64,000 nucleotides of DNA from Dinghuibacter sp. (GTDB lineage: Bacteria > Bacteroidota > Bacteroidia > Chitinophagales > Chitinophagaceae): positions 34,106-98,105 of the forward strand of contig NZ_DATJIY010000160.1 in the NCBI RefSeq assembly GCF_035492835.1, given 5' to 3'. The position numbers and the translations under genes were made by a program. Shown in pieces: positions 18,239-27,406 of this stretch (positions are counted from its first letter, which is position 1; every line of letters begins with the position of its first letter). Under the pieces are notes generated by a model. The model searched no databases, was not told the DNA's origin, and worked only from the letters and a program-made list of their open reading frames with translations.

Positions 18239-18772
18239 ATGCCGTCTTTACCGTTGTCCAGGCGCCCCTGGGATGTAGCCATCCTCGTTTTCTTTTGCGT
18301 CAACCTCTTTTTTATCACCTATATAGTGGACCTCGAACAACTCGTGATCCCCGACGCCGGTCACTTCACCTATCCCCCATGGCCGCCCGCGCGGATGGTG
18401 GACCTGGTGCACTGGTACGGGCGCACCTATGATCCCGTCCTGATCGCCCGGCCGGCCTGGTGGCGGGCGACGATCTGGATCGACGCCCTGTTCTTCGGCC
18501 CCTTTTATGTGGTGGCGATCTACGCGTATGCGAAGGGGAAGAACTGGATTCGTTTCGTCAGCATCATGTGGGCCTCGGTGATGCTCACCAACGTGTCCAT
18601 CATCCTGTTCGAGGAAGTGTGTGGAGAGCACGCGTCGCCGCACCTGGGACGCGTTTTCCTGTCCAATGCCGCGTGGGTGATTTTCCCGGTCATCGTGCTT
18701 TTCCGCATGGCCGGTTCGGTATACCCCTTTGCCGCCAAAGGGCGCCGGCAGGCGCCGCCCCCCACGATATGA
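18239..18772 (+). CDS. EXPERA / emopamil-binding-protein-like four-TM protein
   Basis: YDP..., W...IWIDALFFGPFY and SNAAWVIFP motifs in four TM helices resemble EBP/TMEM97-type EXPERA domains. Confidence 0.75.
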   Translation: MPSLPLSRRPWDVAILVFFCVNLFFITYIVDLEQLVIPDAGHFTYPPWPPARMVDLVHWYGRTYDPVLIARPAWWRATIWIDALFFGPFYVVAIYAYAKGKNWIRFVSIMWASVMLTNVSIILFEEVCGEHASPHLGRVFLSNAAWVIFPVIVLFRMAGSVYPFAAKGRRQAPPPTI

Positions 18773-19566
18773 ATTTCAAAGAAAAATACGGCCCCACCGC
18801 CCTCATCGCAGGGGCGTCCGAAGGACTGGGGGCTGCGTATGCGCGCGCCCTGGCCGCCCGGGGGTTGGACCTGGTCATGGTCGCCCGGCGAAAAGAGGTC
18901 CTGGAGGCCACCGCGGCCGCCATCGCAACCCGTTATGGCGTCAGGGTCCTGCCCATCACCTGCGACCTGGCGGCGCCGGAGGCCATATGGGTCATCCTCG
19001 ACGCGCTCGGCGACCGCACCGTCGATTTCCTGGTGTACAATGCCGCTTTGTCCTATATCGGTCCCTACCTGTCCACGAACTTATCTACCCATACCGACAT
19101 CGTGTCCGTAAACGCCACGGCGCCGCTGGTCCTGTTGCACCATTTCGGTCGTGAAATGATCGGGCGCAAAAGGGGCGGCATCGTCATCATGTCATCGCTG
19201 GCGGGTTTCCAGGGTTCGGGCGGTCTGGCCACGTACGCCGCCACCAAGGCCTTTTGCAGGGTGCTGGCGGAAGGCCTGTGGTACGAATGGAAACCCCTCG
19301 GCGTGGACGTGATCGCGTGCTGTGCGGGCTCCATCGCGACCCCCAACTACCTGGACACCCGGCCGGCCAAGGCCAGCGCCCTGGAGCCGGCCGCCCAGCA
19401 ACCGGAGGCGGTCGCCGAGGAATGTCTTCGCCGTATAGGGCGCGGGCCCTCGTTTGTCAGCGGCCGCGGGAACCGCTGGGTGGCGTTCCTGATGCAACGG
19501 CTCATGACCCGCAAAGCGGCGGTGACGATGATGGGGGATGCCCTGAAACGCACTTACGGGCGGTAA
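18769..19566 (+). CDS. Short-chain dehydrogenase/reductase
   Basis: AGASEGLG, NAA, SS and YAATK motifs; ATGA overlap with the upstream stop gives the start at 18769. Confidence 0.9.
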   Translation: MNFKEKYGPTALIAGASEGLGAAYARALAARGLDLVMVARRKEVLEATAAAIATRYGVRVLPITCDLAAPEAIWVILDALGDRTVDFLVYNAALSYIGPYLSTNLSTHTDIVSVNATAPLVLLHHFGREMIGRKRGGIVIMSSLAGFQGSGGLATYAATKAFCRVLAEGLWYEWKPLGVDVIACCAGSIATPNYLDTRPAKASALEPAAQQPEAVAEECLRRIGRGPSFVSGRGNRWVAFLMQRLMTRKAAVTMMGDALKRTYGR

Positions 19567-19643
19567 ATTTGGCCAAACCGTCTGCCAGTTTAACATCGCG
19601 GTACGGGATGGCATCCCGCTTGTGCCGTACATAAAAAAACCTT

Positions 19644-20105
19644 ATGGCTAACATCGGTAGAAAAAACCCCGGCCGCCCTTCGTCTTTCGGCGGCGCCATC
19701 GACCAGCTCTTCCAGGAGAACCTCGGCCGCTGGATCGACGACGGAATGTGGAGTGTCGGTAACCTGCACAACCGCAACGTACCCGTCAACATCCGGGAGA
19801 CAGACAAGACCTACGAAGTCGAGGTAATGGCGCCCGGGCTGAAAAAAGAGGACTTCCAGCTGCATTTTTCCAACAATACCCTGACCATCTCCTTCGACCA
19901 TAAGGAGGAAAAAAGCGAGGAAGGGGAAAACAACCGCTGGCTCCGCAAGGAATACCGCCAGCAATCTTTCACCCGGTCCTTCAGCATCGACGATACCGTC
20001 GACGCCGACAAGGCGTCCGCCCGGTACGACAACGGCGTGCTGTACCTGACGTTGCCCAAGAAGGAGCACGCACAGAGCGTGTCCAGGTCGATCAACGTTC
20101 TGTAG
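19644..20105 (+). CDS. Hsp20/alpha-crystallin small heat-shock protein
   Basis: PVNIRET...APGLKKEDF...F.RSF...A.YDNGVLYLTLPKK. Confidence 0.95.
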   Translation: MANIGRKNPGRPSSFGGAIDQLFQENLGRWIDDGMWSVGNLHNRNVPVNIRETDKTYEVEVMAPGLKKEDFQLHFSNNTLTISFDHKEEKSEEGENNRWLRKEYRQQSFTRSFSIDDTVDADKASARYDNGVLYLTLPKKEHAQSVSRSINVL

Positions 20106-21531
20106 GTATCGCACCGAAGTAGGCGAGCGACAACACCGGCATCCAGTTACCCAGGCGTTGCCGTCGCCACCAATGACCGCTCCCGGGTCGTGCAAAGGCG
20201 TATTTATACAGCACGGCCCGGATATAGCGCGGCGGCCGGCCGGGGAATGGATTGTCCGCGAACAGACCGACGATGTCCGGCTGACCGCGCAGCAATTTGT
20301 ACACCAGGTTTACCGTCCAAAGGTATTGGTCCGGCGTCGACATCGCCGCAAACCACATCTGCCAGTCAAGCCGTGGCTGGAACGGCGCGATCTGGAGCGG
20401 GCGACGGTCGGTATCCACGGGCAGTCCTTTATAGCGGTATTCTATCCAGCGAACGCTGTCCAGGGAGCCTTCGAAAACGATGTTGTAGCGTTCCTGTCCG
20501 ACGGAGCCAAAGGCGCCGTAGGTGTTCACCAGGTTGAGCGGGTCATAGGACGTGTTCATGACCTGGTGGGACGACAATAGGTTCGTCACCGGCAGGATGC
20601 TGAGCATGGCAACGATACCCGTCACCGTCCAGGCGGTGATCGTCATCGCGCGGGAGGGTCGGGCGGCGTCGCGGGCGGCCTCCGCGCGGCGGACGAGGGC
20701 GCGAGGCAGGAGCCGGGACCAGAATCCGTCGTCAAAACACGCCAGCGCCGGAACGATGGTCAGCCAGTTGAGGAACGACAGGTTCCCGCTACAGATCAGG
20801 ACGAGCTGCAACAAAACCATGAGGACACCCGCGATGTGCCGCCCGATACGGGGCCAGAAGGCAAAAAAGGGTGCGATGAGCTCGGCCAGGAAATTGTACC
20901 AGACGCCGAGCTGTAACACCCGGCGCGGCAGGAAATGGAACCACCGGCTGAGCGGGCCCGGGATGGGCTGTGTTTCGAAATGGTAGTAGAGCGCCGTGCC
21001 GTCGCGCCAGCTGACGTCGCCCCGGAGCTTGATCAGCGCCGAACCCAGCATGATCCGGAAAATCAGCCAGCGGAAGAGCCCGATGACGGGAAAGGGCGGC
21101 GGGCGGTCGGGAAAGGGACGCGGGTCAGTCAGCGGGCAGAGGAAGATCGCCAGGAAACCCGTTTCCAGCAACTGGATCTCCCATCCATAGCCATACCAAT
21201 CCTGCCCGACGTTTACAAACGACATATACAGGAACCAAAGCGCGGCCATCATGGGCGCGTTCGCAAAACCGAGGGCGACGACGCACGAAAGCCCAAACCC
21301 GCCCCAGGCGGCAACCAGCAGCGCCGTGTCCGTATGCGTCCACCAAAAGAGGGAGGGTAGCCTGAAAAAATTCGCGTCCACCTGCTGCAGGAAGTCGCCC
21401 ACCGGGAGTAGCCCCCTGGCCCCGATCAGCGGGATCACCTGCAGGGCCGCGGCCAGGAAAGCCACGGCATACACCGCCCCGAGCAGTCGGAGGATCATGA
21501 ACCGGGTTAGCCAATACGTGGGGCGCGACAC
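20092..21531 (-). CDS. Lipase maturation factor family membrane protein
   Basis: GQDWYGYGWEIQLLETGF, KLRGD, HFETQPIPGP, GNLSFLN and PRLDWQMWFAA motifs. Confidence 0.9.
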   Translation of the reverse strand: MSRPTYWLTRFMILRLLGAVYAVAFLAAALQVIPLIGARGLLPVGDFLQQVDANFFRLPSLFWWTHTDTALLVAAWGGFGLSCVVALGFANAPMMAALWFLYMSFVNVGQDWYGYGWEIQLLETGFLAIFLCPLTDPRPFPDRPPPFPVIGLFRWLIFRIMLGSALIKLRGDVSWRDGTALYYHFETQPIPGPLSRWFHFLPRRVLQLGVWYNFLAELIAPFFAFWPRIGRHIAGVLMVLLQLVLICSGNLSFLNWLTIVPALACFDDGFWSRLLPRALVRRAEAARDAARPSRAMTITAWTVTGIVAMLSILPVTNLLSSHQVMNTSYDPLNLVNTYGAFGSVGQERYNIVFEGSLDSVRWIEYRYKGLPVDTDRRPLQIAPFQPRLDWQMWFAAMSTPDQYLWTVNLVYKLLRGQPDIVGLFADNPFPGRPPRYIRAVLYKYAFARPGSGHWWRRQRLGNWMPVLSLAYFGAIPTER

Positions 21532-21556
21532 ACGATAAATTACGTAAATTTAGCCA

Positions 21557-22333
21557 ATGCGAAACGGCCTTTTGATCGACATGGACGGCGTGATCTACGT
21601 CGGGGACGAGATGATCCCCGGGGCGGACCGCTTTATCGCCCGCCTGCTGAGCGATGGAATCCCCTTTACCTTTATGACCAACAACAGCCAGCGGACGCCG
21701 CTGGAGGTGTTGCGCAAGCTCAAGCGGATGGGCATCGAGGCGTCCGAGGAGCACGTCTACACCAGTGCGATGGCCACCGGCAAATTCCTGGCGACCCACG
21801 CCCCCAACGGTACCGTATATGTGCTCGGCGAAGGCGGACTCCTGACGAGCCTCCACGAGAACGGCCTGACCCTGGTGGAAACCGAGCCCGATTTCGTGGT
21901 CCTCGGCGAGGGGCACAACTTTACCCTGGAGATGGTCCAGCGCGCCATCAATATGATCCTCGCCGGCGCCAAGTTCATCATCACCAACCGCGACCCTTCC
22001 CCCCGCAAACCCGGCTGGGGCAACCTGGGGATCGCGGCCGTCACCGCCATGATCGAAGAGGCCACGGGCCGCCGCGCCTTTAGCATCGGCAAGCCCAGCC
22101 CGGTCATGTTCCGTTCCGCCCGCAAGATACTGGACCTCGAAACCGAGGGCACCACGGTGATCGGAGATACCATGGACACCGACATACAGGGCGCCGTGCA
22201 GCTGGACTACCGGACCATCCTGGTGTTGTCCGGCATCTCCAAAAAGGAGCACCTGAACCGCTACGCGTTCAAGCCGGATATGATCGTACCCTCGGTGGGG
22301 GAGATTACCTTCCCGTTAAAGTGGTGGAAATAG
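21557..22333 (+). CDS. HAD-IIA family hydrolase (NagD-like)
   Basis: DMDGVIY, TNNS, GKPSP and IGDTMDTDI motifs. Confidence 0.92.
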   Translation: MRNGLLIDMDGVIYVGDEMIPGADRFIARLLSDGIPFTFMTNNSQRTPLEVLRKLKRMGIEASEEHVYTSAMATGKFLATHAPNGTVYVLGEGGLLTSLHENGLTLVETEPDFVVLGEGHNFTLEMVQRAINMILAGAKFIITNRDPSPRKPGWGNLGIAAVTAMIEEATGRRAFSIGKPSPVMFRSARKILDLETEGTTVIGDTMDTDIQGAVQLDYRTILVLSGISKKEHLNRYAFKPDMIVPSVGEITFPLKWWK

Positions 22334-22985
22334 TCTTTTTGTATTCCTTGCCGATAGGGATCGAGGCGCCCCCGATCTCGATCATCTCCGCCGTGTAGGC
22401 GTCGATCCGGCGGACGGACACGATAAAGGACCGGTGTACGCGGGTAAAAAGCGGCGCCGGCAGCAAGGACTCGATCTCGTGGGTGCTCATCCTGGAGAGG
22501 TATTCACCCTGTAGGGTGACGATCCGCACGTACTCCCGCTGGCTTTCGATATAAAGGATGTCGGCGAAGGACAACCGCACTTTTTTCTTTTGCACGTTTA
22601 CGAAGATAAAGTCCCTGGACGCGGCGTCGGCCGGTTTGGGTACCTTGTTTACCGCCACGAGGAAGCGTTCGAAGGCGATGGGCTTGAGCAGGTAGTCGGT
22701 AACGTTCAGCTCGAAGCCTTCGACGGCGTATTGGTGATAGGCGGTGGTGACGATGACCGCGGGCGGGTTCGACAGCGTTTTCAAAAATGCCATGCCTTTC
22801 AGGCGCGGCAGGTGGATGTCCAGGAAGATCAGGTCCACGGTATGCTGCCGCAGGTAGTCGGTGGCGAGCAGCGCGTCCCTGAACGTCTCCTGTAGCTCAA
22901 GGAAGGGTACCTGGGCGGCATAGTCCTTCAGGACCTTCACGGCCAGGGGCTCGTCTTCGATGATGATACAACGTATGTTAGACAT
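22305..22985 (-). CDS. LytTR family response regulator
   Basis: Receiver (IIIEDEP, FLDIHLP, DYLLKP) plus LytTR domain (RVHRSFIV). Confidence 0.93.
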   Translation of the reverse strand: MSNIRCIIIEDEPLAVKVLKDYAAQVPFLELQETFRDALLATDYLRQHTVDLIFLDIHLPRLKGMAFLKTLSNPPAVIVTTAYHQYAVEGFELNVTDYLLKPIAFERFLVAVNKVPKPADAASRDFIFVNVQKKKVRLSFADILYIESQREYVRIVTLQGEYLSRMSTHEIESLLPAPLFTRVHRSFIVSVRRIDAYTAEMIEIGGASIPIGKEYKKTISTTLTGR

Positions 22986-24000
22986 GGCTCGAGAGGTTTA
23001 TGGTCAGTGTGGCGCAAAATTCGGATACCTTTTGCTCGACGCGGACCTGGTAGTCCGTATACAACAATTCCAGCTGGCGGCGCAGGTTGGACAAACCGAT
23101 GCCTTCCCTGATGTCGCCGTTGTTTTCTTCGGTGGAGTTTCGCACCGAAAAAGCCAGCTGACGTTTGGCCACGGACAGGTGGATGTCCACATACGGGCGG
23201 TTCCGGGTTTCCGAAACCCCATGCTTAAAGGCGTTCTCGACGAGAGGGATCAGCAACAGCGGCGGGAGCGCCTGTTTCATGTCTTCCACGTCATAGTGGA
23301 AGGATACGCGCAGGCTGTCGTCGTACCGCAGTCGTTCCAGCGAAATATAGTCGCCGATGATCTTCAGCTCCTGCTCGATCGCGATAAAGGGTCCGCCCGT
23401 CTCGTAGAGCATGTAGCGCAGTAGCTGGGACAGCCTCAGGATGGTCTCCGGGGCAAGGTCGGACTTGTCCCTGGCCAGGGAATAGATGTTGTTGAGCGTA
23501 TTGAACAGGAAATGGGGGTTGGTTTGTGACTTGAGGTAATTGAGCTCGGCCTGTTGTTTTTCGATCCTTAGCTGTTGGGCCGCCTGCCGGAGCTTGACGT
23601 GCTGGAAAATATGCCTTACGATCCCAAAGAGCAGGGCGGTGGCAAAACTATACCCGAAATTATCGGAAATGCTGTGTTCTTCCCCTGGGAAAACGGTATA
23701 AAAATGGATCACCGTCCCCAACTGTCGCCAAAGCGCGACGCCGCGGGTGGCGAGAATAAAGTGCGCGATGACCAGCAGCGTCGCCTTCCCCGCCTTACGC
23801 CAACGCAACCTGGGCACGGTGTATTCAAACAGTACGTAATTGACCAGCGTCATGTATATCCCCAGCCAGAGGTTATTGGCAAAGCGCTCGCCAAAGGCAT
23901 TGGAATGCTGCCCCGCATCGGTCATCCAGCCCATCACGAGGTGGCCAAGACCGATCCAGAGGTATAGCCGGAACCGTCTGAAGTCGAGGAGCGCCTTCAT
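22978..24000 (-). CDS. LytS-type sensor histidine kinase
   Basis: LKSQTNPHFLFNTLNNIY, LVENAFKHG and GIGLSNL motifs. Confidence 0.93.
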   Translation of the reverse strand: MKALLDFRRFRLYLWIGLGHLVMGWMTDAGQHSNAFGERFANNLWLGIYMTLVNYVLFEYTVPRLRWRKAGKATLLVIAHFILATRGVALWRQLGTVIHFYTVFPGEEHSISDNFGYSFATALLFGIVRHIFQHVKLRQAAQQLRIEKQQAELNYLKSQTNPHFLFNTLNNIYSLARDKSDLAPETILRLSQLLRYMLYETGGPFIAIEQELKIIGDYISLERLRYDDSLRVSFHYDVEDMKQALPPLLLIPLVENAFKHGVSETRNRPYVDIHLSVAKRQLAFSVRNSTEENNGDIREGIGLSNLRRQLELLYTDYQVRVEQKVSEFCATLTINLSSHV

Positions 24001-24148
24001 ATCTTAAATATCGGTAAATCTTTTTGACCTTTTTCGCCCCTGGCGTTCGTCGACGATGCCGACGCTTTGGTGGGCCCTAAAGCATCGTCTGTTGACGCCG
24101 CTTGCGGGCGCCCGCGGCGTGGGGTAGTATTATGGAAAAATCGAACCC

Positions 24149-24793
24149 ATGCCCAAGACCATTCGCTTTGGAGAAAGCGTACCCGGCTACGACATCCGGG
24201 TGCTCAACGAAAGGGAGATACGGGCCGCGGCCGGACTTTTTTTCGTGGCCACGCTCGTTTCCTTTTTGGTGATCCTGTTCACGGACAACTTCGTCCCGGT
24301 GAAATACGTGTTGACCATCTTTTTCCTGGATTTTGCCGTCCGTGTCTTTATCAGCCCGCGGCTGGCGCCTTCGCTGGTGATCGGCCGTTTTATCGTGCGC
24401 CGCCAGACCCCGGAGTACGTGGGCGCCGCGCAAAAGAAATTCGCCTGGGTGATAGGGCTCGTGTTGTCGGCGACGATGTTCACCTTCCTGGTGATCGTCA
24501 ATGCCTATAGCCCGATCACGGGCATCACCTGTCTGGTTTGTCTTATATTTTTGTACTTCGAATCCTCCTTTGGGATTTGTCTGGGGTGCAAGGTGTATTC
24601 GCTGGTGTACCGGAGGAAGGCGCAGTATTGTCCGGGGGAGGTATGCAACGCCAAACAGCCGATCCAGCGGACTTCCGGGTCGCAGTGGCTGATGGTCGCC
24701 TTGTTGATCGCCGTTGTCGTTCTTATCGCTGTATGGGGCAACGGCTATTTTAAACGCACGCCGCATTATCTGTTCGAAAAACCCGCAAAATGA
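24149..24793 (+). CDS. DUF4395-like Cys-rich membrane protein
   Basis: NEREIRAAAG, P.FAW.IG and ESSFGICLGCKVY motifs; trailing YCPGEVC. Confidence 0.75.
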   Translation: MPKTIRFGESVPGYDIRVLNEREIRAAAGLFFVATLVSFLVILFTDNFVPVKYVLTIFFLDFAVRVFISPRLAPSLVIGRFIVRRQTPEYVGAAQKKFAWVIGLVLSATMFTFLVIVNAYSPITGITCLVCLIFLYFESSFGICLGCKVYSLVYRRKAQYCPGEVCNAKQPIQRTSGSQWLMVALLIAVVVLIAVWGNGYFKRTPHYLFEKPAK

Positions 24794-26127
24794 GCCCCTC
24801 CGAACGTTACTTCGCGCCGTTCCGCGCCCACATCATCGGCCACGACCGCCTGATCGAAACGCCCGGTGGGCTTCGCCCTTTGGTTTACGCCGATTGGACC
24901 GCCAGCGGCAGGGCCTATCGCCCGATCGAGACCTGGTTGCAGGAAGAGATATTGCCTTTTTGGGCAAACACCCACACGGAAACGACGCTCACCGGTACCC
25001 GTATGTCGGCCGCTTATGAAGAGGCTCGGGCCATTGTGAAAGCGCACGTGCATGCGGGTGACGAGGACGCGTTGTTGTTTTGCGGCAGCGGGATGACCGG
25101 CGCGGTGAACAAGCTGCAGCGGCTGCTGGGGTTGAAGGGGGCGACATCCGCCGTACGGCCGGTAGTGTTCGTCACCGATAGGGAGCACCATAGCAACCAC
25201 CTCAGCTGGTTGGAGACGACGGCCGAGGTGGCCGTTTTCTCCGACGTTTCTGCGTTGCGGGCATTGGTCGCGCGTTACGCCGACCGGCCGTTAAAGATCG
25301 CCGCCGTCACCGCCTGCTCCAATGTCACTGGTATCCTGACGCCTGTCGACGAGATCGCCTCGCTGATGCACTCGTTTGGCGGTTTTTGCTTCGTGGACTA
25401 CGCCTGCGCCGCCCCCTACGTCGATATAGACATGCGCCCGCTCGATGCCATCTATTTTTCCGGCCATAAATTCCTGGGCGGCCCCGGCACGCCCGGCGTA
25501 TTGGTCTTCAAGCGCCGGTTGTACCGGGGCGGTGCGCCGGATCAGCCGGGCGGGGGGACGGTCTTGTACGCCAACCCCTGGGGCGACCGGGACTACGTCA
25601 AAGACATCGAGCAACGCGAGGACGGCGGTACGCCGCCCTTGCTGGGCGCCATAAAGCTCGGGCAATGTATCCGCTTGAAAGAGGCGATGGGCGTAGACCG
25701 GATACGGACGCGGGAGCAGGAGCTGCTGACGCGTCTTCTGGACGGGCTTTCCTGTATCGATCGCGTCCGCGTGCTGGCGGCTGACCACCGGGATCGCCTG
25801 GGGGTCGTGTCGTTTATCGTGGAGGGTGCGCACTACGATGACGTCGTCCGCTTCCTGAACGATCAATACGGTATCCAATCCAGGGGTGGTTGCAGCTGCG
25901 CCGGGCCTTATGGTCACAAGTTGCTGGGGATCGACTTTGAACGCTCGGTGGCCATTCGTGCGGGGTTATCGCCGAAGCCCGGGTGGGTGAGGATTTCCGT
26001 ACACCCCACCACAACGGATGCCGACATCGACTATATCCTCGGCGCGATCGCTCACCACGCGTCCTTCAGCGCCGCGTTGTCCCTTTCGGGCGGTTTGGGC
26101 GGGTTGGTCGGCCAGTGGGGGTCATAG
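24790..26127 (+). CDS. Aminotransferase class V / cysteine desulfurase-like PLP enzyme
   Basis: YADWTASGR, ANTHTE, EHHSN, SNVTG, FSGHKFLGGPG (PLP Lys) and RGGCSCAGPY motifs. Confidence 0.9.
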   Translation: MSPSERYFAPFRAHIIGHDRLIETPGGLRPLVYADWTASGRAYRPIETWLQEEILPFWANTHTETTLTGTRMSAAYEEARAIVKAHVHAGDEDALLFCGSGMTGAVNKLQRLLGLKGATSAVRPVVFVTDREHHSNHLSWLETTAEVAVFSDVSALRALVARYADRPLKIAAVTACSNVTGILTPVDEIASLMHSFGGFCFVDYACAAPYVDIDMRPLDAIYFSGHKFLGGPGTPGVLVFKRRLYRGGAPDQPGGGTVLYANPWGDRDYVKDIEQREDGGTPPLLGAIKLGQCIRLKEAMGVDRIRTREQELLTRLLDGLSCIDRVRVLAADHRDRLGVVSFIVEGAHYDDVVRFLNDQYGIQSRGGCSCAGPYGHKLLGIDFERSVAIRAGLSPKPGWVRISVHPTTTDADIDYILGAIAHHASFSAALSLSGGLGGLVGQWGS

Positions 26128-26531
26128 TGGACGAAGAACGCGAGCCACGCCGCCCGGGCCCAGCGCATAAACAAGGGTTGTAGTACCACCAGTAGCAGGA
26201 TGTCCAGCCCCAGCCAGTAAAAGATCCGGTTGTCGTCGGCGGAGATACCGATGAGCACCCACCAGGCCACGAAGGTGGAGGCGCTGACGGCAATCGACAG
26301 GGCGTAGCTGACATAGCTGGTGCCGTAATAAAAACCCACCTCGATGTCCAGTGATTGTCCGCAGACCGGGCACTGGTCGTTCATGTCCAGCACGCGCCGG
26401 AGGTGGTAAGGGTTGGGGTCCTTAAACATGGGACCCCGGCGGCAGCGGGAGCATTTATTCTGGAGGATGCTCAGGGCCAGGGATGGTCTTTTAGGAACGT
26501 TTTCGAAAGATGTCAGGGGTAGTTCCGGCAT
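26052..26531 (-). CDS. DUF983 domain protein
   Basis: CSRCRRG..F...CPVCGQ...E.GFYYGTSYVSY followed by two TM helices. Confidence 0.8.
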   Translation of the reverse strand: MPELPLTSFENVPKRPSLALSILQNKCSRCRRGPMFKDPNPYHLRRVLDMNDQCPVCGQSLDIEVGFYYGTSYVSYALSIAVSASTFVAWWVLIGISADDNRIFYWLGLDILLLVVLQPLFMRWARAAWLAFFVHYDPHWPTNPPKPPERDNAALKDAW

Positions 26532-27336
26532 ATTTTTTAAAGAATTTGATGAAATAGGAGCTGTCGGTAAAGTTCAACGTCCGGGCCACCTCGGTGATCG
26601 GCAGGTCGAAGTTGGACAACAGGCGTTTGGCTTCGAGCATCACCCTGTCCCTGATGACCTGGCCTGCGGGGACGCCGAGCAGGTCTTTGCACAGGGCGTT
26701 GAGGTGGTTGGGGGTGATGTAGAGCATGGCAGCGTACTCTTTGGGTAGCCGCAGGCCGGCAAAGTGTTTGTCGACCAGTTCCCGGAAGTTGTGGAGCAGC
26801 GTGCTGTTGTACCCCGCCGATTCCGGCAGGGTCACCGGGAAGTGGTCGCGTTGCACGGCGACGAAGAGCTGCAGGAGCAGGGTGGCGATGCGCAGCCGCG
26901 ACAACGCGTCGGGGCGTTCCGTTTCGCGCAGCATGTCTTTGAACAACGGCTCTACCTGGGTTTTTGCGGAGAGTTGTAACACATGGTCTTTTATCTCCGT
27001 TCCGAAAAACGAAAAACCGTCCGCGATGGCCGAGTCGATCCCCTGTTTTTCAAAAAACGTCGGCGAGAAATTCACCACATACCCGTCCACCGGTCCGTCG
27101 AACCGCCACTTGTGCATCTGCCCGGGTCGCATGAAATAGATCATGCCGGGGCGCACGGGGAAACTCACGAAGTCGATGGTATGCTCGCCGCCCCCCTGCG
27201 TGAAATACAACAGGTGATAAAAGCTGTGCTTGTGCGTCGGCTGTAGGTGCGGGTTCCCGGCGTAGTACCGTTTGAACCGGTCGACCGTGATCGCGTCGTC
27301 GCTCATGCCAAAGGTGGAATATTTCGGAAGCGGCAT
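26491..27336 (-). CDS. AraC family regulator
   Basis: Cupin N-terminus (HKHSFY, GEHTIDF) and HTH (YA..L.ITPNHLN...F.DSSYFIKFFKK..G.TP). Confidence 0.92.
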   Translation of the reverse strand: MPLPKYSTFGMSDDAITVDRFKRYYAGNPHLQPTHKHSFYHLLYFTQGGGEHTIDFVSFPVRPGMIYFMRPGQMHKWRFDGPVDGYVVNFSPTFFEKQGIDSAIADGFSFFGTEIKDHVLQLSAKTQVEPLFKDMLRETERPDALSRLRIATLLLQLFVAVQRDHFPVTLPESAGYNSTLLHNFRELVDKHFAGLRLPKEYAAMLYITPNHLNALCKDLLGVPAGQVIRDRVMLEAKRLLSNFDLPITEVARTLNFTDSSYFIKFFKKYAGTTPDIFRKRS

Positions 27337-27406
27337 GGGACAAATCTACGGCGCGTTTTCAGGGATGCTCCACCGGATCGGTAAAAAGTACCATCGAAAC
27401 ACGGAT

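Noticed and set aside
18460-18768. Apparent N-terminal extension of the SDR ORF (also those at 54195, 29869, 15685, 4572, 59099 and 61043)
   Set aside because: These extensions overlap neighbouring genes or promoters and look non-coding; downstream ATGs fit the family N-termini
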